Part shown: positions 1 to 13,868 of the stretch, piece after piece
How positions within the stretch are numbered: position 1 is the first letter of the stretch
Layout of the letters: every line of letters begins with the position of its first letter
Source: Gnetum montanum
Lineage: Eukaryota; Plantae; Gnetophyta
Direction of reading: 5' to 3'
Assembly (NCBI GenBank): GCA_015680685.1
Contig: MNCI01001903.1
Coordinates: forward strand, 571,298-635,297
DNA: 64,000 bases
Notes under the pieces: model-generated
Databases searched by the model: none
Told to the model about the DNA's origin: nothing
Seen by the model: the letters and a program-made list of their open reading frames with translations, nothing else
Made by a program: the position numbers and the translations under genes

Positions 1-779
1 CAAGGACAAGCTGTTATGCTAGTTTAATGTCATGACCCAAGGACGAGCTGTGCCAGTTTATAGTCATAGCAGACTAGTGCTTACCTAGCTTGTGTAAGGT
101 GCGATGTTGCATGCATGGTCATGCTGTGTGCTTGCAAGATCCTACAAAAATCAACTAGAAAGAAAAAAAACATCAAGAAACACCTATTGTAAACAAAGTT
201 AAAATGGATGAATGAAAGGAGAGCAAAGCAAAAAGTGATAGTTTTATGCCATTTCGGGTTGTAGGCTAGCTTAAGGCCTTTTCGGGCCATATGATTTTGT
301 TGTTTTTCAAATGTAATGCATAAGCTAAGTAGATGAATGTGTAAACAAAGTAGAAATATGTAAACAAAGCAAAGTAGTATGTAAACTAAGTAAGCAGGTG
401 AAATGTAAATGCATGAACAAATGTAACCCAAGAAAAAACCAACAATGCATGGCCAATGGAGGCAAGGGGTGAGCTGGTGCTCAATGTGTTTTTGGCCAAG
501 GAAAAGTCTTGATCATGTAGTTGCTTCCTAACTGGGCATGGATTAAGGAGTGTGCAAGGCTTAGGATCCTCTAGGAAGCTATTGGCTTCAACCACTCATT
601 TGGGTGTGTTAGCCTTAGGTGCTACATTGGTTGTCATAGGTGTACCACCAAGAAAGAGGAAGTGTTATCACCATGGATGATAACTTGACCACCTTCGTAT
701 GAAAGATGGATTTCTTGGTGGATGGGAGAGGAGATGGATCTTAGTTGGGCTAGCTAAGGCCTGCCTAGAATCATGTTGA

Positions 780-1100
780 AACTTGGCATCTCCTCTATGA
801 TAGTGAAATCTACACTAGTGGGGGATTGCTCTCCTGCCATGAAGGCAAGGTTGATTGTACCCTTGATAGTGACACGTGATCCATTGAAGGATTTTAGACA
901 CGTGATTTTGGTTGACCTAATTTCGTCTACCAGGCCTAGCTTATCGATGATGGAGTACAGGACTACATTTGTTGTTGCACCATCATCGACATGGACTCTA
1001 TGGATGGTACATTACCCAACACGTATGCTAATGGATAATGGAGCTATAGTGACCTCTCCTTGTTTAGGGTTAGCTTTGACTGGATCATCGTGAAAGGCTA
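780..1100 (-). pseudogene. Retroviral-type aspartic protease of element A (stops present)
   Basis: Manual translation APLSISIRVG*CTIHRVHVDDGATTNVVLYSIIDKLGL...KSFNGSRVTIKGTINL, a DxG protease signature. Confidence 0.8.
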
Positions 1101-2139
1101 GAGATGTTGAACCAAATTCATGTGGTGCAGGGAGAAACATCATAGCACGGATGGATGCCTCATCTACACAGATGTCCTCTATAATAGGAATGGAGGGAAA
1201 CATTTGTGCCGAGGCTTGGCGATGAGTAGATGAGTTCATGACCAAGTCGTACAAGCTCAACATTGTATTCTTTTTCTTGAGTATCTATTTCAGCTAGGTT
1301 AGTGTAGCTATGAAGTCCTTGTCATGGTTGTTGTGTTGGCCTTGATTTCCTCCATGTGGCTTGAAAGACAGATTTCTCGGGGAGGGCACTTAGGCTTAGT
1401 TTGCTTGGCTTGCTTGGGGATAGGGGTCCTAGTGTTTAGTTGTTTCTTGTTAGTCATGGCCTTTTCTTTAGCCATGGGGGTTGCAAGGTGCTCATTTGTC
1501 CTCTTGCATGACCATTTGGTGGGCCTACCTAGGTTACTAGTGGGGTCAACCCTTGAAGGAGGAGGGATCGAGATGTTGCCCACTGTTGGGCTTTGGGTAG
1601 GCGAGGGGCCATCACATTGTGGCAACCTTATGATAAAGGGTGGCTTAGGAGTTGTTTTAGGAGTTGTTGTGTGACTAACTCATTGTGGCACCTTGATAAT
1701 GAAAGGTTGCTTAGTGCTTGTTGTTGCTGCGTCATGCCAGTTTAACATCTTAGTGAATGGTTGCTATGGAACCTTGATCACAAAGGGTGTTGTGGGTGCC
1801 TAAGGTGGAACTTTGATAATAAAGAGAGGCCTCTTATTTGTGGAGGCCAAGGGGATCCTTGCCTTGTTAGGAGGCATAGGAATCACAAAAGGTTGTTGTA
1901 CAGGTTTGGGCTTGCCACCTATGCTAATGGAGTTTATGACACATGGTGCATCGTCTGTATTAGATTGGCTCACTGTGTCCAGCACCAATTGGCCCCGTTC
2001 TATCATTCTTTGCAGGTCATCCTACAAAGCACAATAGCTATCTATACTATGACCAGATAACTAATGTTAATGATAGTATTAGTCCAATTTAAAATGTTGT
2101 GGGATTGGGGGCTTGTTTGGGACTACTAAGACAGGGTTC

Positions 2140-3750
2140 CTCAGCAGTTTGTAGTACCTGTCATGTTTTTGTATTGGATTTTCCCAACTTTCAAGAGTTG
2201 CTCCAATAGTTTAGAGGGTTCCATTGGTAGTGGTGTATACTTTGAGCAGTCCTTACATTGAAAGTTGGACCTTGGGGTGGCCCCTTCCAATGTAGGCAAG
2301 TTGGCACTAGAGTTGGCGGTTTTGTTAACTAGGGCATTAGGCTGCTTAGTTGTTGAGCCCCAATTGGTTACTTTTGTGCTCATGGCCATTGTTGTCATTT
2401 TTGTGTTCTACTTACGAGCATGCTGGTTTTTGTAGGCCACATAGGCTAGGTCATTGCTAGTTTGTGCTGCTTCCTCTATGCCTTTTGTTTGGGCAAAGGC
2501 TTGGCTAAGAGACTTTGGGGCTAGATAATACTATTTGGTCTTAATGCAGTCATTTACTGCACCTTTGAAGATGGCCAGTAGATGTGTCTCTGCTAAGGGT
2601 TCATGCATTTCACTCAATGCAGCATTCCAACGTTGGAGGAATTTTGGCACAGGCTCTAGAGGCCCTTGCTTAACTTGCATCATTTGGTCGAGGGTTGCTT
2701 CAAGATTTAGGTTGTACCTGAAGTGTGTCACAAACTAGTTTATGAGATCCTCCAAAGTGGAGATTGAGGCCTTGGGTAGCATGCAATACTAGTCTAAGGC
2801 CTTTCTAGTGAGTGACATGGGGAACATGTGCATGATGGCATGTGGCCAAGCTTGGAGTAGGCACTCAGATTGAAATGTGACCAAGTGTACATTAGAGGTG
2901 GTGAATTGTGGCAGTTGGACCCTAATTGGAAGAGTTAGAGGTGGTACCATAGGACTTATGGGGTCATCTTGGTAGNTAGTTGGACCCTAATTGGAAGAGT
3001 TAGAGGTGGTACCATAGGACTTATGGGGTCATCTTGGTAGAAGTCCACCACCTTGATGGTGTCAGAGGAGGTAGCCTTGAGTTGATTAATCTCCTCCATG
3101 TAGCTTTGGATCAGTTGGAATGCTTGATCTAAGTTTGGGGATGTGCCATTTGGTTGCATTGGTTGGGCTTGTGTTGGTTGCACAACATAGGATTGAATTA
3201 TTGGTTGTGAAGTTTGCTAGTTTAACGTCATAGCAGACGGTTGTTGCCAGTTTAATGTCGTAGCGGACAGTTGTTGCCAGTTTAACATCATAGCAAACGG
3301 TTGTTACCAATTTAACATCATAGCAGACGGTTGTTGCTAGTTTAATGTCGTAGCAGATGGTTGTTGATGTGTTGGCTGAGCAATGGGTACGGTGATTAAA
3401 TTAGGCCACACATGAGTGGGTTGGACGGACATCGCAGACATCAATGAAATAGGCGGGACGTAAGATGCCTAAGTTATTTGGGGCTAGGAGGTGGTCCCTA
3501 CATGATTATAGTGTTGGGAAAATGCATTAGTTGCTTGCGAGGAAGGTTGAATTGGCATGGTCACCACCTTGGAGAGGATGGGTGGACCAAACCGAAGAGG
3601 GGCTATACTAGGGAGTGGTTGTTGGAAGATGGTGTGGAGGGGGCTCTCATGCTTAGAGTGGGCCTCAAACTCATCTTCTTCCTTCTGTGAGGCTTCCTCA
3701 TAGGTTTTCCTTGTATCATGCTTGTTTTCATAGATAAGTTGAGATAACAA
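2140..3750 (-). pseudogene. Degenerate gag of element A
   Basis: ORF fragments 3484-3750, 2956-3183, 2531-2731 and 2141-2398 (KYTPLPMEPSKLLEQLLK is typical of Tat/Ogre gag C-termini); paralleled by 37300-39480. Confidence 0.75.
3219..3366. repeat. 30-bp tandem repeat, about 5 copies, inside gag
   Basis: Unit AGTTTAACGTCATAGCAGACGGTTGTTGCC repeated with few changes. Confidence 0.9.
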
Positions 3751-4254
3751 CTGGTGGTAGGACTATGTGAGTGGGATTATGTCAAACAAGGAGGGGTTGT
3801 ACTCCCGTCTGTTCCGGTGGACTTGTTCATAGTCTTGTTTTGCCTCCAAATCAAGGTAATCCACTGGTAGCCCTACTTGGATTTTGGCACAAACAAAATT
3901 GTATTGTTTATGGCATAGTGCAGCACACTTTGGCTAGATTATGGTATCAAACATGTTAGACATCGATGTGGAAGGTTGACCTATATTCATATTCATAGAT
4001 CAAGTTGTGAGAGTTGAAGTTTGCAGAAAAAGGCTAACTCTGAAAACTACTAAAAAATGACTAAGTCTATCAGTAGTAGAAAAATGTATGAAAATGGTTA
4101 AGTGTAAAAATATAGAAAAAAATGCTAAGTATGAAAACTGTGAAAAATGGCCAACTCTGGTGCTACACTTGCTATGCTGGATCTTGGTACGCTCACTACG
4201 TTATAGTTTGTCATGATTGCTACGCTAAGGAAGACCCTGCTACACTGATGCGGT

Positions 4255-4505
4255 TGCTATGCTACACAGGGCACAAGTAGCGTAACACAGTAGATAGTTT
4301 AGGGACTGCTATGCTGACAGTGTCACTACACTACACAGGATACAGGTAGCATTATGTAGTAATCAGTTTAGAAACCTCTATGTTGACAGTGTCACTACGC
4401 TACACAGGACACAAGTAGCGTAACGTAGTAGAAAGTTTAGGAATTGCTACACTGATAGGGTTGTTATGCTACACAGAACGTAGGTAGCATAACACAGTAG
4501 ATAGG
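4255..4505. repeat. ~69-bp tandem repeat (about 3.5 copies) in the 5' UTR of element A
   Basis: CTACACAGG..CAAGTAGC recurs near 4262, 4331, 4400 and 4469. Confidence 0.8.
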
Positions 4506-4507
4506 TA

Positions 4508-4525
4508 GCCCTCCTTCTTGCACCA
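4508..4525 (-). promoter_or_regulatory. Primer binding site of element A
   Basis: Minus strand TGGTGCAAGAAGGAGGGC, resembling the Tat-type PBS TGGCGCTAGAAGGAGGG, 5 nt inside the LTR edge. Confidence 0.75.
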
Positions 4526-4530
4526 AAAAT

Positions 4531-5767
4531 TGTGATGTTCGAAAACATCGATGGTTAGAACATTGAGAGGTCACCAGGCATATAGCCTAACCCCGAATTC
4601 ATGCAAGGGCCATCTTGGAGAAAATATAAATGGGTTGCCATGAACTATCTTGTCAATCAAACAGGGACTTACATGGTGTTAAAATGACCATGTGCGAGAA
4701 GAGTTTATACTATCTTACGTGCGAGCATCAAGTTCAGCTAAGCTCGAGTGTAGCAGGGTGTCTCGACCTAAGAACAATGATGTGAACATGCAAATATGTA
4801 TGAAAAAGTGAAAAAATACAAGTGTTATGCTAAATGCCAAAGAGGAATGCTTGAGAAATGCAACAGAATTTGAGAATAGTAGTGCAGCACCCCAAAAGAG
4901 GGAGCGTCGCTAATTCACAAAGGGTCTCAAAAGGTACACAGTGTGCAACAGGCGCAATGGGAGTGTAGTCCCAGCCTCGGTGGTGTCCAGCCGTGAAGTC
5001 TTGTGCTCATTGTGATGAACTTTGCCTACTGGGTCAGTAGCCATGGTGTATTGTGCGATGTTGTACAGGGCTACAATGGGGTTGCAATGTACCGTGTGAT
5101 GTAGTTATGCCTCTTTGCCGGTGTAGTGTGCTCTAGGTCTTGTTTGCCCAAAGAGCTAAGTGCCAAATGCCAAATGGAAGTGCCAACTACCTTACTGGTA
5201 AAAAATGGAAGCCAACCCTCTTCCTTCCCCCCTTTTCCCAAAAGAGGACGTAGGGGAATTTATAAGGCTAGTGTTAGCCCAAAATGTGGATTAGGTGCCA
5301 CGTGGCAGTGCGATGGGTGGGACCACGCTTGTCCCATGTTATGTGTAGGACATGGGACGTTGGCTACTGCGCTGGACAGGGTGCTATACTACAGTAGACA
5401 TGGTGCTATGCTACGCAACGTGACAGGGTGCTATGCAGTATGACAGGGTGCTACGTTGCAATAGACATGATGCTATGCTATGCAATGTGATAGGGTGATA
5501 TGGTGCAGTAAACATGATGCTACGTAACGCAGTATGACAGGGTGCTACGTTGCAGTAGACATGGTGCTACGCTACGCAGTGTAACAGGGTGACATGTGAA
5601 TCTACAGAAAGTGCCAACATTCTAACACTTAGAAACATTTTGCAAATATGGCAGTTGAAGCTGGCTACACTCAACACTTGGAAAAAATATGGGCAAAGTG
5701 CCACCGTTTTGACACTTAGTCATATTTGCAATCGCGATGCCAAGAACTGAAATTTTGTGGTATTTTA
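4531..5767 (-). repeat. 5' LTR of element A, with internal GACAGGGTGCTA../AGTAGACATGGTGCTA subrepeats (5373-5595)
   Basis: Bounded by the PBS and by an abrupt switch to chromovirus integrase; TATA-like TATAAA on minus near 5260. Confidence 0.7.
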
Positions 5768-7080
5768 GTGTTAATAGTTATGCTTTTAGAAAAATGATTT
5801 TGGTTGAAAAACACTATGGTGGCATTATAGGCCATATGGGCAAAGATAAGATATTATAGCTTGTGGCTAGATACTATTTTTAACTTGGAATGATTTCTAA
5901 AGTGTCCAAATTTGTGAAGGAGTGTTTGACATATTAGAAATTCAAGGGAGGTAAAGGAGTTAGTAGACATCATATGCCTTTGTCAATTTCAAAGGGTTCT
6001 TGGAAAAGTGTGTCAATGGAATTTGTAAGAGGGATTCCAAATATCAAAAGTTGGAACAATGTTATCTTTGTTATGGTGGACAAAATCTCCAAGATGGCAC
6101 ACTTGATTCTGTGCAAAAGGATGAGTGATGTATCTTATATTTCAAATTTGTTTCCAACATGTTGTCAAGTTACATGGGATTCCCTTGAGTATTGTTAGTG
6201 ATAGGAACTCCAAGTTTACTAGTCATTTTGAAGGTCCCTTTAGACAATTCTTGGGATAAAGTTGAATTTTTCTAGTACATATAATTCATAGACTGAGAGG
6301 CAAACTGAAGTGGTTAATAAATATTTACTAAATATCTTGACGTGTTTGTGTGAAGGACAACCTAATAGGTGGGATAATTTGTTGTGTCATGCTAATTTTT
6401 TCTATAATAATGCTTTTCATGTTGCTATTTGGAAGAGCCCATTTAAGGTTAACTATGGCTTTTGTCCAAAGATGGTGGACAATGTTAGGAGCTTTGAAGA
6501 AGAAACTCAATTGAGTGTTGAGTTTATATAAGAGATAAAGGATCTTCATACTCAAGTGAAGAAAAATCTTGAGAGCAAGATTGAAGAAAGAATGCTAAAG
6601 ATGAATGAGAACAAGAGGAAGATGAAATTTGCTATGGGAGACCTTGTTTGGGTGCACTTAAAGAAGAAGAGGTTGAAAAGTATCAACTTCTCAAAATTGA
6701 AGACAAAAAAGATGGGTCCTTTTAGGATAAAGGACAAAATCAATGATAATGCTTTTGAAATTGACTTACCAAATGATGTGGGCATGTATTTTGTTTTTAA
6801 TGTTATAGATATTATGCATTACCATGTGCTGGTAGATGATAAAATCTTACAAGGTAGCATTGATGAGTTGAAGGGGGCTATTAACAAGTCTAAGCCTTCA
6901 TAGAAGAGGAAGGTTGTTGTACTTAAGAAGAGAGAAGCTTCCCACATGTATGGAATGAAGAAGCATGAGTACTTTATCCATTGGATGGATCAAACTATGG
7001 ATGATGTTGTAAGGGTCCATGAGACCAAACTTTTTGAGTGGGGGATTACTTTTACTCATACTCCATTATTTGCTTGAGTT
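5768..7080 (+). pseudogene. Chromovirus integrase (HHCC, rve, GPF) plus chromodomain; interrupted at its left end by element A
   Basis: EKHYGGIIGHMGKDK; WKSVSMEFVRG..VMVDKISKMAHLI; QTEVVNK; KMGPFRIKDKINDNAFEIDLP; HEYFIHWMDQTMDD. Confidence 0.85.
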
Positions 7081-7106
7081 AACTTTTTGAAGGGTGAAAT
7101 AGTTAG

Positions 7107-7860
7107 TATAAAGACACCTCTTTCAAATCCTTTTTCATCCCTAGAGATGGAAAAATGAAAGTTTTTGGTAGATTCAAAGATGTCTTAGACCTTTATAAAT
7201 GTATTTCCTGAGAGCTATGATGTCATAAAAGATGTCTTGGTGACCTAGAAGATGTCTTACCTAAGAGCTGAGATGCCAAAGATGACATCTTCCTAGTAGT
7301 GTAGATGTCTTTATAGTAGTATAGATTTCTTGTTAGAGATGTCTTATTCTCAAAAGAAACATCTTGTCTTTAGAGAAGATGTTTGGTTTGAATGATGGAT
7401 TTGGTAGAAAGACATCTTATTAAGCCTACAGATATCTTATTCAATCATGGAAAGCTTTGATGTGACAATTCCAATATTGAAAACAAACAAGAATATGAAT
7501 TTTAATATGAAAAATGTTTTCTTAGGGTTATAACTTTGTGTTTAATAAATATTAGATTCATATTGTATGTTTTGACGTAAGAGTAAGTGAGATTCCATGA
7601 GAGTAGTGTGCATCTCAGTGGTTAACTGTGTGTGGTGGTATTTACCATAACTATCAGTGTTTGGATCTTGATCTTGTATGAGGAAGAGATATGAATCAAG
7701 TGCATCTTACATGGAGGTCAATCATGTGTGTGGTTGTAGAGCTTGATGCTATGTAATATTGTTGAGTGAGTGTTGTGATTCTGTGAAATTGTGGTTTCAT
7801 TGTATTTATAATTTTCTTTTAGTTTTAATAGCAGAGAGCTAGCTTTATTATTTTCAAGAA
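7107..7860 (+). repeat. 3' LTR of chromovirus copy 1 (right end approximate)
   Basis: Follows the purine tract GAAGGGTGAAATAG; start TATAAAGACACCTCTTT matches the inverted copy TGTAAGGACACCTCTTT at 12160; AGATGTCTT subrepeats. Confidence 0.65.
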
Positions 7861-7869
7861 ATTAAATTA

Positions 7870-10661
7870 TCTTGCATAAAATCTAAATTTGGTGTCTTTT
7901 GAAGGGTTCAAGCAAATCAGAGTGACCTTGCTCTAGTTCACATACATAATCACATAAATAAGATTCTAGACAATTCACTTAGTTCATGCTATAGGCACTC
8001 AGTGATAAATTCTAAATTTTGGAAAAATAAATTACCAAGGGCTTCACTATACTATGAATAAAAAATAGTGCATCTAATGCATTAGGTAGAAGATATTTAT
8101 AGACATTTCTATTGTACTTAATTTTTTGGTTTTGTAATCACCAAGACTAAGTGTGGATTTAACATTATTTCATCTAAGTTTGAACATCAAAATGGCTTTA
8201 AAACAATGTCATACGACACATTTTCAACCTTTGGAGATGTCTAGGAATCATTTCAGCTCATAACCTAGCATATGAGTAACACTTTTGATGACCTAGAAAA
8301 GTTTGGTAACAAAAACGTTTCTAAGTGTTAAAGGTGAGCATCACTGCTAGATCACCTTGCCCATGTCACCTATGCTAAAACTACTTTTTAATCTTTGTTT
8401 CAACCCCATAAAACCATGAATGACTCATCTATAATAGTCTCAATATGATAGATATCAAATTTTGGTACTTTAGTGAGTTTACCATGGTACCTTGGAAGAA
8501 AAATTTTTCTAAGTACAAAGGTGACAATTGATGCTAACGTGATGTCAACATCTCCATAATCATCATTAACATTAGCTTAGTACTTCTCACTTGCAAAAAC
8601 TAGTATTTTGACTTTATTCTTGGATTATCAAGCCCTTTGGTAACTAGTCAACATCAATTTCAAGGCATCAAATGTTAATTTTGATAGGTTTGAAGGAAAT
8701 CTTAAGGTTCATGACTGAAGATTTTTCTATGTGTAATACATGATAGACTAGTGTTAGTGTTAGTATCACCCTACTTGCATCAACATCATCCTAGGTCACT
8801 ATGATTAGAACTTGATAACATTTCCCAGGTCCATGAGCTTCTCAACATTCTATAAGAGTTATTATGACATAATTTGACATTAGTTTGGACATCTTGGAGA
8901 TTTGGAATTACAATGTGAAAGGATGTTAAAAAAATTTCTATCTCCTAGTTAACACTAAGACTAATGCTAGTGTCAACATTAGTGTTAATGTTAATGTCAT
9001 TACCAAAGTTAGAACTTTTTAGCTCATCATTAGTACTAGAGTTAGAATTTTTTAACTTATCATTAGCACCATAGTTAGAGTTTTCTAGTTCAACATCAAC
9101 ACTAGAGTTAAATATTTTTAGCATCATCAATCTACACTTCATATTCTAATTTTCAAAAATGAACTTTTGATTAATTCCACTCAACTTTGAAGTTGAATTT
9201 GAAATCCTAAGCGTATAAATATGAGATCAAAACCCAAATTCAAGCTAGTTTCTTGATATTGAAAGCACTTTTTTTGGATTTTGAGAGACCAAGAGCATGA
9301 GCATCTACCTCTTTGCATCTTTTGCATGCTCCATGACCATCATAGCTCTACTTAGTAATCTAAGTCCCATGACTTCAATTTGGTGCCTAAGTTCCTAATA
9401 GCGCAAGCACTAACCTTGACACATCATCAACATTAGTTTTATGGTTCTTGTGTCACTACCTTATAGTTAGAAATTTTCAACATTAGCATCACTAATGTAG
9501 CGTTAGACTATTTTTAACTCTAGCATCACCTGCTACACACTTAGTGGAAATAGCCTTGTATTGGGTTCAAATTGATTCTTGACCTACATGAAGCTTTCCT
9601 ACTCACATATTCACTTCCCAAAGGTCAAATTCATCATCTAAACCATCACTTAACTCATAAATTGAGCCTCTATTATCATTTTTTTTCTTATATGTTTTGC
9701 AAAACCACTTGTAGGTTTGGTCCGCAGTATTGAAGATTTGATGTATTCTAAAAAGCTTAACATGCTAGTTTATGTTTATATGTAGTTACACTATGAGCTT
9801 TGGTATACACTATAATGGTGTATAGAACCATTTACAATGTTTTATAATAAGTGTTAAGTTAGTTATATTTAACCAAGTATATTAAATAATAATAGCTAAT
9901 CATTACATCTATTTGTTCCTTGAATGTGACTATTTTATTGTCACTATATAATTATTAATCCTGGTCCAATAAATGTTTAGAACAATAACATTATGTAGCA
10001 TTAAAACATAGCACAATGTGGTATAATAGAGATACTAGGGTTTCTCTTATTTTTTTCTGTTCTTATTAGTTTATGTATTTAACATGTATGACATCATGCA
10101 GATTTAATCTATGTACATGATGTATGTTTGTCTCATTTTTAATAGTCATCAAACTGTCATTAATATCTTCGACTTGGTGATTTAAACATTAAAAAAATTT
10201 AACACATAGGAGGAAAATTTATGTTTAATCAATCAAGCATGATCAATCATTGGAAAGGGAATGCTAAAATCCTGTTCCTTACATCAGTCTCCTAATATAT
10301 TATATTTAAGTCATTCTAATTATAATTTTCATATTGAGATTTTATTTCACATGACTCATAGTTTATCTCTATCCTTATAGTTTTTATTTACATCATTTAG
10401 ATGTTATCAATTCTACATGTAAGCTTATCATTTTCTCATCATTCTCTTGCCATTCTTGGCTTATGAATGGTAGGATAAGTTTGTATTTGACTAGAGGACC
10501 ATTCTCCTTCATTTCATAATTGTTGATATATCAAGAATTATATTGACTTGAAGACCATTTACAATTGCGAGTTAGAGAACTAACATCTAATTCATAGATG
10601 TGTCCTTGCAAGGTTATAGAAAAATAATTTTGCAAAACCATTTTTTGGCACTAGAAGGAGG
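7870..10661 (+). mobile_element. Probable long Tat-type LTR ending at CA 10640, followed by a PBS (left end uncertain)
   Basis: TGGCACTAGAAGGAGG at 10646-10661 after ..AAAACCA TTTTT; TATAAAT near 9214; no coding signal. Confidence 0.45.
9005..9135. repeat. 33-bp tandem repeat, about 4 copies
   Basis: AGTTAGAA(C)TTTTTAGCTCATCATTAG.AC.. at about 9007, 9040, 9073 and 9106; related copy near 9465. Confidence 0.75.
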
Positions 10662-11289
10662 CCTAATATTTTTTTTAGTGTTAGGAACCCATCATCTAAT
10701 AACCTATAGCTCCATTCCAACATAGAATTTTTTACACTCTTAACTCTTTTACTTAGTTTATTTTCCACTTAGCACTTGATCCTTATTTTTGAATATGTGC
10801 AAAAGACATTCTTTAATACCATTTTTGGACAAGGATTTCATTCATCTCGCAACTTCTAGATTCATAAACTAATTGAAATGTAAAAGGATTGAGCATTCAT
10901 GACACACATGAGTAAACATAAGTACAAGATTACATGTATAAAATGGAAGCTTAACATTATGATCACTAAGAGTGAGCTATGAATGTTGGATTCCTATGAA
11001 GCTCTCAAAAACTTGGATTCTTTCCTCAAAAATTTCTATTAGTTTATGGAACCAAAGGAGTATGAGAAAAATGAATTAATGGAATATCTGACCATTAGAG
11101 ATGAAATTTAGGCAATGACTAGTGCTAAAGTTCATTAGAAGTAAAACATGTTGGACTACTTGGTGAACCATCCTAACATCAATATGAGTAGAGCTTATCA
11201 ATATTAAGATCAACATAACAAGAAACTTGGTGACATCAACATCCATGATGATGATGAAGAGGTTCAATCCAATATAAATTAAGCTTTAA

Positions 11290-12160
11290 ATCCACTCACT
11301 TTAAAAATTATGAAAAGATAAATCAATATGCTAGAAAACAAGGAAAGTAGCTATCTTCAATTATTGCAAAGAAGATTACAACAAGGTTTCACAATCCACA
11401 AAACATCCAAATACTTAACCACACTCAAATGATATTATAGAGCATGAGGCTCTTCAACCACATTATAATTGTCCTTAATGCAAGGCATAACTGAAAGAGA
11501 ATCTCTCCTACAACTCAAGATTAATATCTTAGCACACAAGTGAGACATAAAAACACATAAGCTAACACATCACACAATTGACCTTGGAGTTGTAACCACA
11601 CATGCAGTCACTTAATGTGGTCTCTCACACTCTTGCCACACATATCAATTCTCTTATTAATCATACAAACATAAAACAACATTAATATTTATTGGATTTA
11701 GGAGGTAAGAAATCTAAAAATCTTTCCCCAACTCAACTTGAGAATCTTAGGCTATTTTCAAATTTGGAGTGATTATTTCAAAATTTTTTCTAGTCATATG
11801 AGTTATCTTGGGACTTGTAAGGTTCTCTTACTATCAAACTTGAGACATAGGTGCGATGTATTAATTAGGTGTGAGATGTCTCTAGGATAGTTGAGATGTC
11901 TCACCCATGTGAGGGACATCTCCCAATCTATGAGACATCCCAACTATGAATTGAGTCATCTCAGTTAAATCTAGGATGTCTCACCTAGGATGACTATAGC
12001 AAGGTCAAGACATCTCCCCTGAACCTAGTACATCTCTTGGAAAGTGCCTACACTTGGCCTAGATGTCACTTTGATCTTCAAGACATCTCTCTAGCCTATT
12101 GAAACCTACATAAATCATTTTTAGTGTAGAGGAAAGGGAATTAAAAGAGGTGTCCTTACA
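11290..12160 (-). repeat. 3' LTR of chromovirus copy 2 (left end approximate)
   Basis: Starts TGTAAGGACACC on minus after the purine tract GAAGGATGCAAGGGATAA; GAGATGTCTC subrepeats as in copy 1. Confidence 0.65.
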
Positions 12161-12189
12161 TTATCCCTTGCATCCTTCAAAGAGTGAAC

Positions 12190-13739
12190 TCATGTGAATA
12201 AGGGAGTAGGGGTAGAATGATCCCCCACTAATAAAGTTTGATCTCAGGTATCCATATGGCATCATCTATGGATTGATTCTTTCAATAGATTAAGTACTCA
12301 TGCCTCTTCACTCCTTGAGTACTTGAAGCTTCTATTTGCTTGTGTACAATTGCCTTCTTCTCCATTGAAGGCTTGGACTACTCAATAGCCCCCTTCAACT
12401 CATCAATGCTACCTTGTATGGTTTCCTCATCAACTAGGCCATGATAGTGCACAAGATATCTAATATTAAATACAAAAGACATGCGAACATCATTGGAAAT
12501 ATTAAAAGAATTATCATTAATTTGGCCTTAATTCTAAAATGACCCATCTTCTTAGTTTCAACTTGGAGAAGTTAACACCTCTTACTCTTATCTTCTTCAA
12601 GTAAACCGAAACCAAGTCACCAACTGAAAAGTTAGACTTTTGATTACCCTCATTCTTCTTGAGAATACTCTCTTTAGTATTCTTCTCAAGATTTGATTTC
12701 ACTTGTGCATGAAAATCCTTCATCTCGTATGTAAAATTAGCACTAAGTTGAGCTTCACCATCAAAGCTCTTCAAATTGTTCACCATCTTAGATAAGAAAC
12801 CATAATTCACCTTAAATGGGCTTTTACCAATGACAACATAAAAAAATTATTATATGAAGATTTAGCATAACATAGAAAATCTTCCCATTGATTGGGTTGT
12901 TTATCACATAAACACCTTAATATATTCAACAAGGATTTATTCATCACCTTTGTTTGACCATAAGATTATGGATGATATGCACTAGAAAAATTTAACTTTG
13001 TCACTAAAATTTTCCAAAGGGACCTCCAAAATGACTAGTGAACTTGAAGTCTCTATCACTAACAATATTCAAATGAATATCATGTAACTTCACAACATGC
13101 TAGAAAAATAAATTTGCTACATGAACACTTACCTTTTTACACATAATGAAGTGCATCATCTTAAAGAACCTATTCACTATAGCAAAAATTGCATCATTTT
13201 CACTCTTGATCTTTGAAACATCACTCACAAAGTCCATTGACACACTTTTTCATGGACCCTTAGGAATTGACAAAGACATGTAATGTCCATTCACTGCTTT
13301 ACCTCCTTTGAATTTCTAATAAGTTAAAGACTCCATAAATTTTGAAACTTTCATTTCCACACTAGATCAAAAATAGTATTTGACCATAAGATCTCATGTT
13401 TTATCCCTACCCAAATGACTTGCCATGCCACTATAATACTTTTCAAACAAAATATTCTTTCTAGAATTATAATTATAAATACATACCTTTCCATTTTTGA
13501 ATAAAATTTCATCTTAAATATGATAGTCCCTCCATTGGTCTATCCTACTTAATAATGACTTTTTGAGGCTCCTTTAAACCTATCAACAATTTGAATCATA
13601 ATCATATAAATGAGGAAAATCACCCATACCTTCAACATTAGGTACATTGAAATTTATCACATACAAACTTGATAATGCATTAGCCATCACATTCCCTTTT
13701 CCACTTTTGTGTTAAATGATAGAATTAAAATTTTTGGAG
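12190..13739 (-). pseudogene. Chromovirus copy 2: RNase H end, integrase and chromodomain
   Basis: HKSGKGNVMANAL; ORF 12517-12810 is homologous to 6556-6903; nucleotide similarity to 5770-7080 throughout, in inverted orientation. Confidence 0.85.
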
Positions 13740-13868
13740 CTTAAAATTTTTACAAAATTTTAGAATAGATCTCATGCATGAAGGAAAAGAATGGGGAGGC
13801 TGAGAGAAATACTGTAGAAACTATAAAACAAAAAAAAATATTAAACAGAAAGTAATAGAAAGCTCATG

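Larger units (their letters stand above)
1..5767 (-). mobile_element. Tat/Ogre-type Ty3/gypsy LTR retrotransposon A, 5' part (LTR, PBS, degenerate gag, protease); runs off the left edge
   Basis: Minus-strand gag fragment (2531-2731, ...VKQGPLEPVPKFLQRW...), protease motif RVHVDDGATTNV near 960-1000, PBS at 4508-4525 and LTR 4531-5767, whose end resembles the LTR ends at 17231 and 42056. Confidence 0.85.

Noticed and set aside
2914-3040. Exact ~60-bp tandem duplication around a single N (2976)
   Set aside because: Identical copies flanking an N indicate an unmerged contig overlap
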